A stretch of DNA of 31,123 bases from the IMG/VR virus record IMGVR_UViG_3300025445_000010, positions 1 to 31,123 of that record; one strand, 5' to 3'. The notes under the pieces were generated by a model. The model did no database searches. It was not told the origin of the DNA and was given only the letters and a program-made list of their open reading frames with translations. Numbering within the stretch: position 1 is the first letter of the stretch; every line of letters starts with the position of its first letter. The DNA is from a virus (Duplodnaviria > Caudoviricetes). The translations under genes and the position numbers were made by a program. This document shows, piece after piece, positions 23,008 to 31,123 of the stretch.

Positions 23008-23778
23008 TTAACGTTGTTGGGCCTGTAGCTTCCTGATCTGCCGTTGCCGCTCTGCTTCGATCCACTCCGAGGTCGTCATGGTCTTCAGCGACCGGGGGTC
23101 TGTCGTGTCATACGACGCGCCTCCGGTTGTGCGAGCCGCAACCGGCGCAATCGGAGCCGGGGCGGATGATGTTTTCCTGACCGGCGGGTCCGAGGTCAGT
23201 TTGGCCTCGATCTTACCGATCTCTCGTGCCTGCAAGATGGGCGATAGCTGGGAAATCCTTGCGGCCTCTTTCGGATTGCTCCCGAGCCAATAGATGACAT
23301 CGGGTCCGATCTCGGACGCCTGAATTGTCTGGGCCATCACATCGGTTACAGGAAGGTTCGGGTTATAGGCGACCTGTTGAAAGTCCGCATATTTGTCCCG
23401 AGCCGTCTCCTCCAACTCCTGATAGGCTTCGACGATAGCCGCCTGTTGTCTTGCGGCCTCTCGCTGGGCCAGAAGCTCATGGGCCTTACGCTCAGCCAAT
23501 GCCTCGGCATACTGCTGAGCAGACTCATAATCATTCGGGTCCGCCAGAGGGGCCACGGGCTTTTGGGCCTGTGACTCCGCAAGCCGCTGGGCCTGCTCTC
23601 TTTCCCACTTACGCTGTTCTCTTGCCAGGCGTTTGCCGACGATGGCGTCCAACTCTTCCTGAGTGAACGTTTTCGAAGGCTGTTGTTCCTCCGGCGTCGT
23701 CTCAACGGTTTCCGGCGCTGCCGTAGCTTCCGGTTCCGGCGCGGGGCTGATCTCCGCTACAGCCTGTTCATTTTCCAT
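23008..23778 (-). CDS. Scaffolding protein
   Basis: Acidic Pro-rich N-terminus, KTFTQEELDAIVGKRLAREQRKWERE coiled coil, basic C-terminal helix; immediately upstream of coat. Confidence 0.85.
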   Translation of the reverse strand: MENEQAVAEISPAPEPEATAAPETVETTPEEQQPSKTFTQEELDAIVGKRLAREQRKWEREQAQRLAESQAQKPVAPLADPNDYESAQQYAEALAERKAHELLAQREAARQQAAIVEAYQELEETARDKYADFQQVAYNPNLPVTDVMAQTIQASEIGPDVIYWLGSNPKEAARISQLSPILQAREIGKIEAKLTSDPPVRKTSSAPAPIAPVAARTTGGASYDTTDPRSLKTMTTSEWIEAERQRQIRKLQAQQR

Positions 23779-23817
23779 TTTTTACCTAGCTTTCCGGCCA
23801 GTCGGTTAATGTTGATA

Positions 23818-24219
23818 TTAAGCGATCATGCCCACAGTTGCAACCCACTCCGGCGCGGGCGTGCCGTCAGCGGCGTTTACCCAGCCGCCGGGTGTGTCCA
23901 TATCGCCCTGCTGATAGACGTATTGGGTAATCGCAGGGTCGAAGGATGGCGGGTTGGTCAGCTCGCCGTTGATGCGTAAGCGACCGTAGAACCCCTCACG
24001 CGGCACAGGAGTAGGCCACGGGTCGTCCGGGTTCGCCGGGGGAACGACAGGCTCGTAGATCGTTCCGACCACGTTCAAAAAGTAGCTGCCGCCCGTGGAG
24101 ATGGGGCCGTTGACGATAATCTGCGGGTTGCCTTCCGCGTCGTCGTAGGTGAAACCAAGCCGCTCGGCGTCAGCCAGTAGCGCCTCGTATGTGTGGGAGT
24201 TGAAGACGATTTCCTGCAT
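23818..24219 (-). CDS. Hypothetical acidic protein following the fibre (possible chaperone or tip protein)
   Basis: ORF track; RBS AGGA; GC-biased codons. Confidence 0.7.
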   Translation of the reverse strand: MQEIVFNSHTYEALLADAERLGFTYDDAEGNPQIIVNGPISTGGSYFLNVVGTIYEPVVPPANPDDPWPTPVPREGFYGRLRINGELTNPPSFDPAITQYVYQQGDMDTPGGWVNAADGTPAPEWVATVGMIA

Positions 24220-24228
24220 GTGGTGTTC

Positions 24229-27200
24229 CTAGTAGGGCGCGTTGACGCTACTTTTTTGCTTGAGGATGGCGTCTGGGAGCCGCTGGTTGTAGAGCGCCAT
24301 TGAGCGGACATATCCGTTTAGATAAACGCCGTCCGAATACCCGCCAAGCCAACCTTGGTCTATTCCTGTGACAATGCTTCCGGTTCCATCCGTCTGAACA
24401 GTTCCGTTGTTTGCTACAGCGGCAAAGTCATTTGCTTTGATAGCAAAAGCCGCACGGAATATGGTTGTTGTTGTTGGCGCGGGGCTGTAAGTCAGGGTGG
24501 CCTGATTTACCGTCGCGACATTTACTTCGCTGGACAAAGAGCCAAGAGAGTAATAGTCGCCGTAGTTGCCGCCCGATATTTTTCGCGCATTAATAAGGTA
24601 TCTGTTTGTGGCGACGGACGACACGGCCTCCGCCGCAAGCGTCATCTGCGTCCCCTGCAACGTCGTCAGCGCGCTCCCCGTCAACTGCGCGACATCAGCG
24701 GCGCGGGTGACGCTGGATGCTACAGTCGGGATGTAGCTGGTGGCGAAGGAGCCTGCTTCGAGTTGTGCGCCCCAGAGGTAAATACCAGACACCCCATCAA
24801 CGACGGCAGTGGTTGAGGTGTTCGCATTAGAAACGTGCATTTCAATATATGGGTTAGCGGCGGCGGCAGTTTGGCTAAATACACACCGATACCACCCGTT
24901 ACCGACATAAGTAATTGACCCAGAATATCCAGCGGTGACTGTTCCGACCACACCATTGTATAGGTCAAACCATACTTTGGATGAAGACGCGCCAAAATCG
25001 GTAAATGAAAGCCACCTATTAGTTGAGCCTGTAGCCTTCGCATAAACGGACGCCGTGCAGACGGTAGACGCAATAGTTCCTTGCCTAAGCATATATGGTG
25101 CTGTAGCTGATGGAACCATTAAAGAAGCTGTTTGTGTTCCATCTGGCGCGATAGCCGCATTAGCTGTTGGGGTAAATCCTGAATTGCTACCCCAAGTGCT
25201 AATAGCTTGAGATAGAGAAATTAAATTAACCCTCTGCTCCTCAATCAGCATCCCCCTCGGTGTCGCGGGGGTCGTGGACGGGTCGTAGTCATAGCGTGGC
25301 TGATAGACAGCAGCCGAGGTCGTCGGGATGTAGGCACGGGGGGATTGTTGGTAGGTCGCCAATTCACTCTGCGCGCCCCACAAGTAGATTGTTTGCGACG
25401 CCCCGGACGAACCCAAATAGCTGACAATATCCATCTGAGAAGCGCCGCCAGAAACAACGTTGCTTATCCTCTGCCACGATGTTGTCAGCGTATAGGATGT
25501 GAAGTTGGTGTCATCCCCAGAGATGGCGATAATCTCACCCCCAGATGCGCCGCGCGCCCATACGCTCGATATGACTTTTCGGCCAGCCGTGGACGCGGTG
25601 TATTGGACGACGCCGGGCGTTTGATTTGATGTATATGACGGCAGAACCAATCTGGTAGCTGTGTTGCCGCCAAGCGGGTCCGTTACCGCCGTGGTGTTTG
25701 CCGTTCTTGATGAAGGCCCGGCCCAATAGTCTACCCATTCTCCAGACGCATTTTTTGAAAAATCCTGCGAATATTTTACCAAATTCGCCGGTGCCCACGT
25801 CAGCGCCCCGGTGCTGTCGTAATACATCGCGTTGCCAGCACGGCTGAACGACAGCCAGCTTGGCGAGGCAATATCGCCCGCATAGGCATTCGTGTAGGCG
25901 CGCAGGGACGTATACCAGCCCCAGCCGTAGGTCGTGGTCGTGCCGGTGTTGATGATGGTCAGCGGCGACGTGCTGGAGGCGTTCACATTGTAGCTGGACG
26001 CTGCATTCGTCTGCTCGTCGATGTAGAAGGCTTCGACAAGGCGGTTGGTGTAGCCGGTCAGCGTGAGGGTTTCGGCTGCGCGGGTAGATCCATTTGGAAT
26101 AAACGACGAAACAAAGTTAGCTTGTTCTACTTGCGCTCCCCACAGATATATCGTGCCTGTCGGGCTACCTCCAATATATACACGGGCATTAATTGATGTT
26201 TCGGTAGATGTTAGAACAACAAATGCAAAACGATACCATCCATCGCCAACTGATGTAGATGTGCAGTTTGTTAAAACGCCGAACGTGCCAGACGCAGTTG
26301 TTGATGTAACAGACATCGTTGTAGTGTTAAAGACAACATCGACGCGATTTGATACGGTAGCGTTGTCCCTAAGCCTCAAGGTTCCAGTGGCTGACGCGAT
26401 AGTGCCAGCTTTTACATAAATTGAGACTGCGTAAGGAAGCGCGGAAGCAGACTTGGATATCGAAGCACTTGCAAGTTCAATGAATGTCGGCGTTCCGGTT
26501 ACTGTTACGGGCGTGACATTTGTCCCATCCGGCCCGGATAAAGATGCCCCGGTAAATGAGCAGCTTGTAGTCGTCCACCCGGAAACTACAGAAACCAAAT
26601 TCGTCCGCGCCCCCTCAACCAGCAAGCCCTTCGCAGCAAGCGTCACGGGGTCGTAGTCAAAGCGCGGGCCGTAGTAGGCGGACGTGGTGGTGGGCTGTGG
26701 GACGCCAGACGAATTTGGGTTTGCGTCAGCAGACCTCGGCGCGGTTTCGTATGTGATAGAAGCGCAAACGGCGTTGTAAACAAGAATATCCAAATTTGCA
26801 GTCGTTCCATAAGTCCCTTGAGTGCAAATATCAAAAAGACCCTCTGTCACCAGAGAACTAGCGTAGTATACTTGCGTCCAACTTGTTGTGGCCGTCACCA
26901 AAGATGGTATAACCTGTCCAATCAACAAAAATGTTTGGCTTGAGCTTGTGTTACTTTTTACCCAGACGCTCCGAATTGCTGTTGTCGTTCCGGTTACATA
27001 CTGACGTAAAAGGCTATAATCATTGACTGTATTACCTGCGCCACGGTCAATTTGAAGTCTTGAGGCATTCGCCCCACCAAATGGGTCAGCTTGTCCGCCT
27101 GTCACAACAGGCGTGACGCCTGTCCCTCCAGTAATCTTCTGCCAATCCGTCGCATTATTAAATGCGTTGCTTGATAGCAGCAGATTATTCGGCGCATACG

Positions 27201-27441
27201 TCAGCTTGCCCGTCGCATCATACAGCATCGCATTGCCCGCGCGGGACACATCGCCGCCGGTGGGCATAGAGGAGACGGAGGAGAGCGTGGTGTAGTCGCC
27301 CAGCGCCGTGGCGAAGATAACGGACACGGTGGGGCCGAACCCGCCGCCGAACGGCACGCGGGGGCCAATTCCTGCATCATAATACTCCAGCGTCCTCTTG
27401 ATTCGGATGTGGCCGGAGAGGAAGCTGCGAAGTAAAATCAT
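24229..27441 (-). CDS. Large modular fibre protein (head-spike-fibre-like), 1070 aa
   Basis: Two copies each of SRAGNAMxYDxTGxLTxAPxNL and PR(F/Y)DYDP...G(L/M)L(V/I)E..R.NL, three copies of IYLWGAQxE. Ser/Thr-rich beta domains. Located between portal and scaffold, not in the tail module. Confidence 0.8.
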   Translation of the reverse strand: MILLRSFLSGHIRIKRTLEYYDAGIGPRVPFGGGFGPTVSVIFATALGDYTTLSSVSSMPTGGDVSRAGNAMLYDATGKLTYAPNNLLLSSNAFNNATDWQKITGGTGVTPVVTGGQADPFGGANASRLQIDRGAGNTVNDYSLLRQYVTGTTTAIRSVWVKSNTSSSQTFLLIGQVIPSLVTATTSWTQVYYASSLVTEGLFDICTQGTYGTTANLDILVYNAVCASITYETAPRSADANPNSSGVPQPTTTSAYYGPRFDYDPVTLAAKGLLVEGARTNLVSVVSGWTTTSCSFTGASLSGPDGTNVTPVTVTGTPTFIELASASISKSASALPYAVSIYVKAGTIASATGTLRLRDNATVSNRVDVVFNTTTMSVTSTTASGTFGVLTNCTSTSVGDGWYRFAFVVLTSTETSINARVYIGGSPTGTIYLWGAQVEQANFVSSFIPNGSTRAAETLTLTGYTNRLVEAFYIDEQTNAASSYNVNASSTSPLTIINTGTTTTYGWGWYTSLRAYTNAYAGDIASPSWLSFSRAGNAMYYDSTGALTWAPANLVKYSQDFSKNASGEWVDYWAGPSSRTANTTAVTDPLGGNTATRLVLPSYTSNQTPGVVQYTASTAGRKVISSVWARGASGGEIIAISGDDTNFTSYTLTTSWQRISNVVSGGASQMDIVSYLGSSGASQTIYLWGAQSELATYQQSPRAYIPTTSAAVYQPRYDYDPSTTPATPRGMLIEEQRVNLISLSQAISTWGSNSGFTPTANAAIAPDGTQTASLMVPSATAPYMLRQGTIASTVCTASVYAKATGSTNRWLSFTDFGASSSKVWFDLYNGVVGTVTAGYSGSITYVGNGWYRCVFSQTAAAANPYIEMHVSNANTSTTAVVDGVSGIYLWGAQLEAGSFATSYIPTVASSVTRAADVAQLTGSALTTLQGTQMTLAAEAVSSVATNRYLINARKISGGNYGDYYSLGSLSSEVNVATVNQATLTYSPAPTTTTIFRAAFAIKANDFAAVANNGTVQTDGTGSIVTGIDQGWLGGYSDGVYLNGYVRSMALYNQRLPDAILKQKSSVNAPY

Positions 27442-27713
27442 GCGTAGTAGCTCACATTCAGAACCGCGCCCGACGACTGTTCGATAAACCGGATGCGGTT
27501 CAGATCGCCGTCATAGGTGAAGTAGGTGTCAACCAGCACGGGCATACCGACGCTGGCCGTCGGGTTCGTGCCGTCATCCCGCCAGCGGATGTTCTGCGTC
27601 GAGGCGACGATCAGCGCTGCGGTCGCTCCGGTCGGAACTGTCAGCGCCGTGGCGGCTGACAGGCTGGTAATCTGCTGATAGCCAAGGCAGACAGTAGTTG
27701 CTTTAAGTCCCAT
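27438..27713 (-). CDS. Small virion protein, possible head-spike base
   Basis: Start reassigned to MGLKATT (27713, RBS GAGGA). Contains IRWRDDGTNPTASVGMP; ATGA-coupled to the fibre gene. Confidence 0.6.
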   Translation of the reverse strand: MGLKATTVCLGYQQITSLSAATALTVPTGATAALIVASTQNIRWRDDGTNPTASVGMPVLVDTYFTYDGDLNRIRFIEQSSGAVLNVSYYA

Positions 27714-27720
27714 GATGTCC

Positions 27721-28083
27721 TCACGCAAGGAATTTGAGTTTGTAGAGCGTACTCAGATAAAGAGCGACGATCTCGTCGATGATGTTCTGCAACGCAGACT
27801 CGTCCTTGTCGCAGACCTTGTAGCGCATCTCTTCAATGTCCTTGAGCGAATCCTCAAGAAAATCAACGATATTACTCGTCTTCTTGGCTGATTGTAGCGC
27901 AATCGGCCCGATCATTCCATGGCGGCCCATATACGCCTCCGCGAACGTGTCCGCGAGGTCGATGATGCCGCCATAAAACTTGCCCAGAGCCTTGTGCTTG
28001 GCATAGGAGCGCGTGTTCAGATGCGCGGAGTGCGCCACGTCGCGGGCTAGGAACAGATGACCGATGAAAACTTCGCAGGTCAC
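27721..28083 (-). CDS. Ferritin/Dps-like four-helix protein (DUF5856-like)
   Basis: AHSAHLNTRSYAKHKALGKFY...DTFAEAYMG...LQNIIDEI...YKLKFL; His/Asp/Glu spacing resembles Dps ferroxidase ligands. Confidence 0.7.
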   Translation of the reverse strand: MTCEVFIGHLFLARDVAHSAHLNTRSYAKHKALGKFYGGIIDLADTFAEAYMGRHGMIGPIALQSAKKTSNIVDFLEDSLKDIEEMRYKVCDKDESALQNIIDEIVALYLSTLYKLKFLA

Positions 28084-30200
28084 ATCATCTCTCCCGTTTC
28101 GCGGATCGGCGCGTTGCCGGCGACCAGATCGCCTGTATCAATCGCCGCGGCAATCGTTCCCATCACTATATCCTGAATCTGCTCGGGTTGCATACTGTTT
28201 GCAAACGCCTGCATCCGCTTTGTCTCGGCGTCGTAAGCCTTGATCTGCGTGTTCTGTTCGTCAATCGCCAGCTTTTGCATGTCATAGCTCTGCTGGAGCT
28301 GCTGGATGAGCGCCGTCGTCTGTTCCATAGACGCCGCCATCTCCTCCATCTGCCGGCGCATGATCTGCGCCTCGGGCGAGCCGTCGGTGCCCTCCAGAAC
28401 GGCCGGGTCCAGCACCTTGGCGAACCGCGCGGCCATCTCCTGCGCGCCGGGCCAGTCCATGTTGCGGATGAACAGGTCGCCCGCCACCTTCCACAGCTCC
28501 GGGTTGGACTGAAGCAGCATCTGCATAGCGTCGAGGGCTTCCTGACGCTTGGTCATGTAGCCTGGTCCGGTCGTGACCATGACGTCGTAGATGCCGATAG
28601 ACGGGTTGTAGATGCGCTCGATCTCGATGCCCTGCTCGTCCTTAAGGACACGCACGGGCTCCGGCTGCATCGGGTTGATCCGCACCATGCTGACTTCATT
28701 GTCTATGCCAATGATGCGGGCCACACGTTCGGTGTCGTAAATCTTCGGTATAAGATCGACGATCTGGCGCGTGACGTAGCGGATGGCCCGTGAAAGGTTA
28801 TCCACATAATGGTAAGTCGATGTGTCGCCTTGCTTCTCACGGGCAAGAATTGCACGACCCGTACGTTCGTTGGAGTCCGCCCCAATAGAGCTGTCGTATT
28901 GGCCCGTGGTCGACTTGATGTCATCAGCCGCCCCCAGCTTGGCCTGTAGCAGCCCTGTCTGGGCCATCGGAGGAGCCGCCCGTTCGGGCAGGGGCAGCGG
29001 ATTGCCCGCCCCGTCCGTTACGTCCGGGTTGACCTCAAGATATGGCCAGTTGTTGGTGTTCGCTGTCTTCCAGTTGGTCTCGTAGCCCTCAAACTGGCCG
29101 CCGTAGCCAATGAACGGAGCCTTGGGCGCCAGCGCCAGCATCTCTGCTTCCTGGCTGACCCAGTAGTTATACATGCGCTGGGCGTCTTTGGCGTTGCGCA
29201 CGAGCCCGGACACGTAGATCTGACCGTCGACCTCGAACTCGTTGCCGACGACGCGGATGACGGGGATGTGCTTGCCCGCCCAGTCGCTGCTCTCAAGGAT
29301 TTCGTAGCCGTTCGTCTTGACCCACTTGACCTGCTTGCGGTCGACCGACCGGCTGCGCAGCGGCTTGCCGAACTGCTGCTTCAGCATCTTGTCCTGCGGC
29401 GTGCCGTCGAACGCGGTTACATTGCCCGGATAGAGGTTCAGGGTCGCCTTTTTATGCTCGTAATAGAAATACTCCGCGATGCGGATCGTCTCGCTGTTGA
29501 CCCACATGGCGAGCGTCTGGTCGCCCACGCCCTGCGCCTGAAGCGACGAGATCGGCGCAGCGTCCGGGAACATGCGCTCATAGTCTTCCTTCAGCACGTC
29601 CTCGGTGATGAAGCACCACTCGGCGTCCGCGCCGCAGGGGTCTTGAATGGACGGGTCCATATAGACCGAGAAGGCGTTTCTGACACGCTTGATCTTGATG
29701 TCCTGATCGAAGCTGTCCTCGCGGCAATACTCCGTCACGAGGCGGATATAGCCCTCGCCGTAGGTGACCTGGTTGTCGCAGGCCGTGTCGTAGGCCACGT
29801 CCGCGTCTGACAGATACTCAATATGGCGCACGATCCCGTTGAAGATGTCCGCGACCTGCACGTCCGCGAGGTCGTCGGCCGGGATGACCTTGCCCTGCGG
29901 CCGGTTCTGCCGCTGCTCGTTGGTCACGAGCCGGACGTGCTGCGGCAGCTTGTTGATCGTCAGGCACGGCCGCGCGTTGATCGTCTGGCCCTGCACCGCC
30001 CCGCGGGTCGCCAGCACGTCCGCCGGCCATTGCCACTGGTTGTCCGGGCTGCCCGCCATGAAGCGTAGATCGTCAAGCTCGTCTTCGCGGCTGTCCGAGT
30101 AGGCTGAAACGGCGATCTTCAGCCGGCCGCGCATGGTGTTGAGGACGTCATCGTCCCCGCCAGCGACCGATTTAGCGCCTTTGATGCCGTTGTTGTCCAT
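28080..30200 (-). CDS. Portal protein (P22 gp1-like, with C-terminal barrel)
   Basis: 706 aa. DDLRF...QW, RPCLTINKL, GLVRNAKDAQRMYNYW, C-terminal Gln-rich coiled coil; downstream of TerL. Confidence 0.93.
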   Translation of the reverse strand: MDNNGIKGAKSVAGGDDDVLNTMRGRLKIAVSAYSDSREDELDDLRFMAGSPDNQWQWPADVLATRGAVQGQTINARPCLTINKLPQHVRLVTNEQRQNRPQGKVIPADDLADVQVADIFNGIVRHIEYLSDADVAYDTACDNQVTYGEGYIRLVTEYCREDSFDQDIKIKRVRNAFSVYMDPSIQDPCGADAEWCFITEDVLKEDYERMFPDAAPISSLQAQGVGDQTLAMWVNSETIRIAEYFYYEHKKATLNLYPGNVTAFDGTPQDKMLKQQFGKPLRSRSVDRKQVKWVKTNGYEILESSDWAGKHIPVIRVVGNEFEVDGQIYVSGLVRNAKDAQRMYNYWVSQEAEMLALAPKAPFIGYGGQFEGYETNWKTANTNNWPYLEVNPDVTDGAGNPLPLPERAAPPMAQTGLLQAKLGAADDIKSTTGQYDSSIGADSNERTGRAILAREKQGDTSTYHYVDNLSRAIRYVTRQIVDLIPKIYDTERVARIIGIDNEVSMVRINPMQPEPVRVLKDEQGIEIERIYNPSIGIYDVMVTTGPGYMTKRQEALDAMQMLLQSNPELWKVAGDLFIRNMDWPGAQEMAARFAKVLDPAVLEGTDGSPEAQIMRRQMEEMAASMEQTTALIQQLQQSYDMQKLAIDEQNTQIKAYDAETKRMQAFANSMQPEQIQDIVMGTIAAAIDTGDLVAGNAPIRETGEMM

Positions 30201-30349
30201 TATTTGCAGGACTTTCCTTTTTTAGCCGCAGCCTTGCGTTTTACGTCATACGCAATCGCAACTGCTTGTTTTTGCGGCTTTCCGGAGGCCATTTCCGCCT
30301 TGATGTTCTTGCGGAAGGCGTTTTTGGACGACGATTTCACGAGAGGCAT
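30200..30349 (-). CDS. 49 aa Lys-rich basic protein
   Basis: Not in the ORF track. MPLVKSSSKNAFRKNIKAEMASGKPQKQAVAIAYDVKRKAAAKKGKSCK, with GAGGA RBS and TAATG coupling on both sides. Confidence 0.75.
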   Translation of the reverse strand: MPLVKSSSKNAFRKNIKAEMASGKPQKQAVAIAYDVKRKAAAKKGKSCK

Positions 30350-30498
30350 TACTTTTTCCTCGTTTTGGCGGATTCCCTGAACGCCTTGGCCGTCGGAGCG
30401 CCCTTTGCGCCCGGTTTGCGCATCTTCTCGCCCGATCCGGCGGCGATGCGGGCCTTTTTGGCGTGAATATTGGCGTAGAGACCGGGTTTACTTGCCAC
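30349..30498 (-). CDS. 49 aa Lys/Ala-rich basic protein
   Basis: Not in the ORF track. GTG start with GAGGTGG RBS. MASKPGLYANIHAKKARIAAGSGEKMRKPGAKGAPTAKAFRESAKTRKK. Confidence 0.75.
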   Translation of the reverse strand: MASKPGLYANIHAKKARIAAGSGEKMRKPGAKGAPTAKAFRESAKTRKK

Positions 30499-30751
30499 AG
30501 TTCCACCTCTTCATGCTGGCTTTTGCCCGTTCGGCGTTCTTCGACTTGGCGACAACGCCGCCCATACGGGCACAAAACGACTTTTTGCGCCCCTCGTCGG
30601 CTTTTGTCTTCGGGTTCGGCGCCGGGGGCTTCAGTTTGCTGCCTGTAGCAGCATTATAGCGCGCCCTGCCCTTGGCGGTCAGGCCAGCGCCTTCCTTCGT
30701 GGACAGTTTCTCGCCGCGCCCGACGGACAATGATACGGATTTCTTGGCCAT
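30488..30751 (-). CDS. 87 aa basic protein (DUF6321-like)
   Basis: Start reassigned to MAKKSV (30751, TGATG overlap with the TerL stop). GLTAKGRARYN...RKKSFCARM...KRWNC. Confidence 0.72.
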   Translation of the reverse strand: MAKKSVSLSVGRGEKLSTKEGAGLTAKGRARYNAATGSKLKPPAPNPKTKADEGRKKSFCARMGGVVAKSKNAERAKASMKRWNCGK

Positions 30752-31122
30752 CAGGACGCCATCCATGATGATGTGTTCGCGCCCGAACCGTAGCTTATTC
30801 TAGGGCGATTGTCTACTCGCGCCTCTCTGTGCGCCACGGGGAAAGCGAAAGTAACGGCTATCGCGTCCGCGGCGTCGGGGCTGGCGAGCCCACGGGCTTT
30901 CATATCCTTCTTGCTCTCCAGGAAGATCGCCCCCTTCGAGTCCGGCTTCATCATCGGCCCCGTCAGGTCGCCCTTCAGATACCTGTCGTTCGGAATGCTC
31001 GCCGTCTTCAGCCATTCCTTCATCGACCCCCACATCTCGGCCCGCTTGTTGCCATACATGATCGGCTTGCTGCTGCGCTGCCCGAAGTTGACGCCCCTGA
31101 TCTTGTATCTCTGCTCCTTGAG
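30751..31122 (-). CDS. terL: Terminase large subunit, C-terminal nuclease part (5' end outside the window)
   Basis: Frame open to the window edge: RGVNFG...NKRAEMW...LESKKDMKARGLASPDAADAIAVTFA. Confidence 0.9.
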   Translation of the reverse strand, partial: LKEQRYKIRGVNFGQRSSKPIMYGNKRAEMWGSMKEWLKTASIPNDRYLKGDLTGPMMKPDSKGAIFLESKKDMKARGLASPDAADAIAVTFAFPVAHREARVDNRPRISYGSGANTSSWMAS

Positions 31123-31123
31123 T

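Noticed and set aside
23779-23810. Autoregulatory hairpin upstream of the scaffold gene, as in P22
   Set aside because: Only a weak 4-5 bp stem with G-U pairing could be drawn by eye.
24229-27441. Diversity-generating retroelement or invertible shufflon acting on the fibre
   Set aside because: No reverse transcriptase or invertase is present in the window. The repeats are direct, diverged at many positions, and show no adenine-specific template/variable pair.

Overview
A 31 kb internal segment of a GC-rich tailed phage or prophage with podovirus-type morphogenesis. Both ends cut genes: a RepB-type primase on the left and the terminase large subunit on the right. The left arm (minus strand) is a replication block: DUF2800/Cas4-like exonuclease, putative ssDNA-binding protein, DnaA-C/LuxR double-HTH protein, family A DNA polymerase, NUMOD4-HNH endonuclease, an AT-rich unknown gene and the primase. 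A 62 bp divergent control region (6415-6476) separates it from a plus-strand block: VRR-NUC, a C5 cytosine methyltransferase, SNF2-like helicase, DUF6378-like protein and several small HTH proteins. The right two thirds (minus strand) is a P22-like late operon: TerL, three tiny Lys-rich proteins, portal, ferritin/Dps-like protein, putative head-spike base and 1070 aa modular fibre, scaffold, coat, HNH, decoration proteins, gp4/gp10-like tail proteins, tail fibre, three ejection proteins (one with a lysozyme domain), M15 endolysin, holin and spanins. The most notable signals are: (1) the methyltransferase locus is coding in two frames over about 890 bp, with motif IX and WPTP repeats in the +1 frame; (2) the fibre alternates GC-rich conserved linkers with AT-rich variable domains; (3) short synonymously A/T-shifted codon patches sit on conserved motifs of core genes; (4) a perfect 13 bp hairpin masks the RBS and start codon of the HNH gene; (5) two interlocked divergent promoter candidates. 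All family assignments come from motif recognition by eye, not database searches. No tRNA, rRNA, CRISPR array, integrase or reverse transcriptase was seen.
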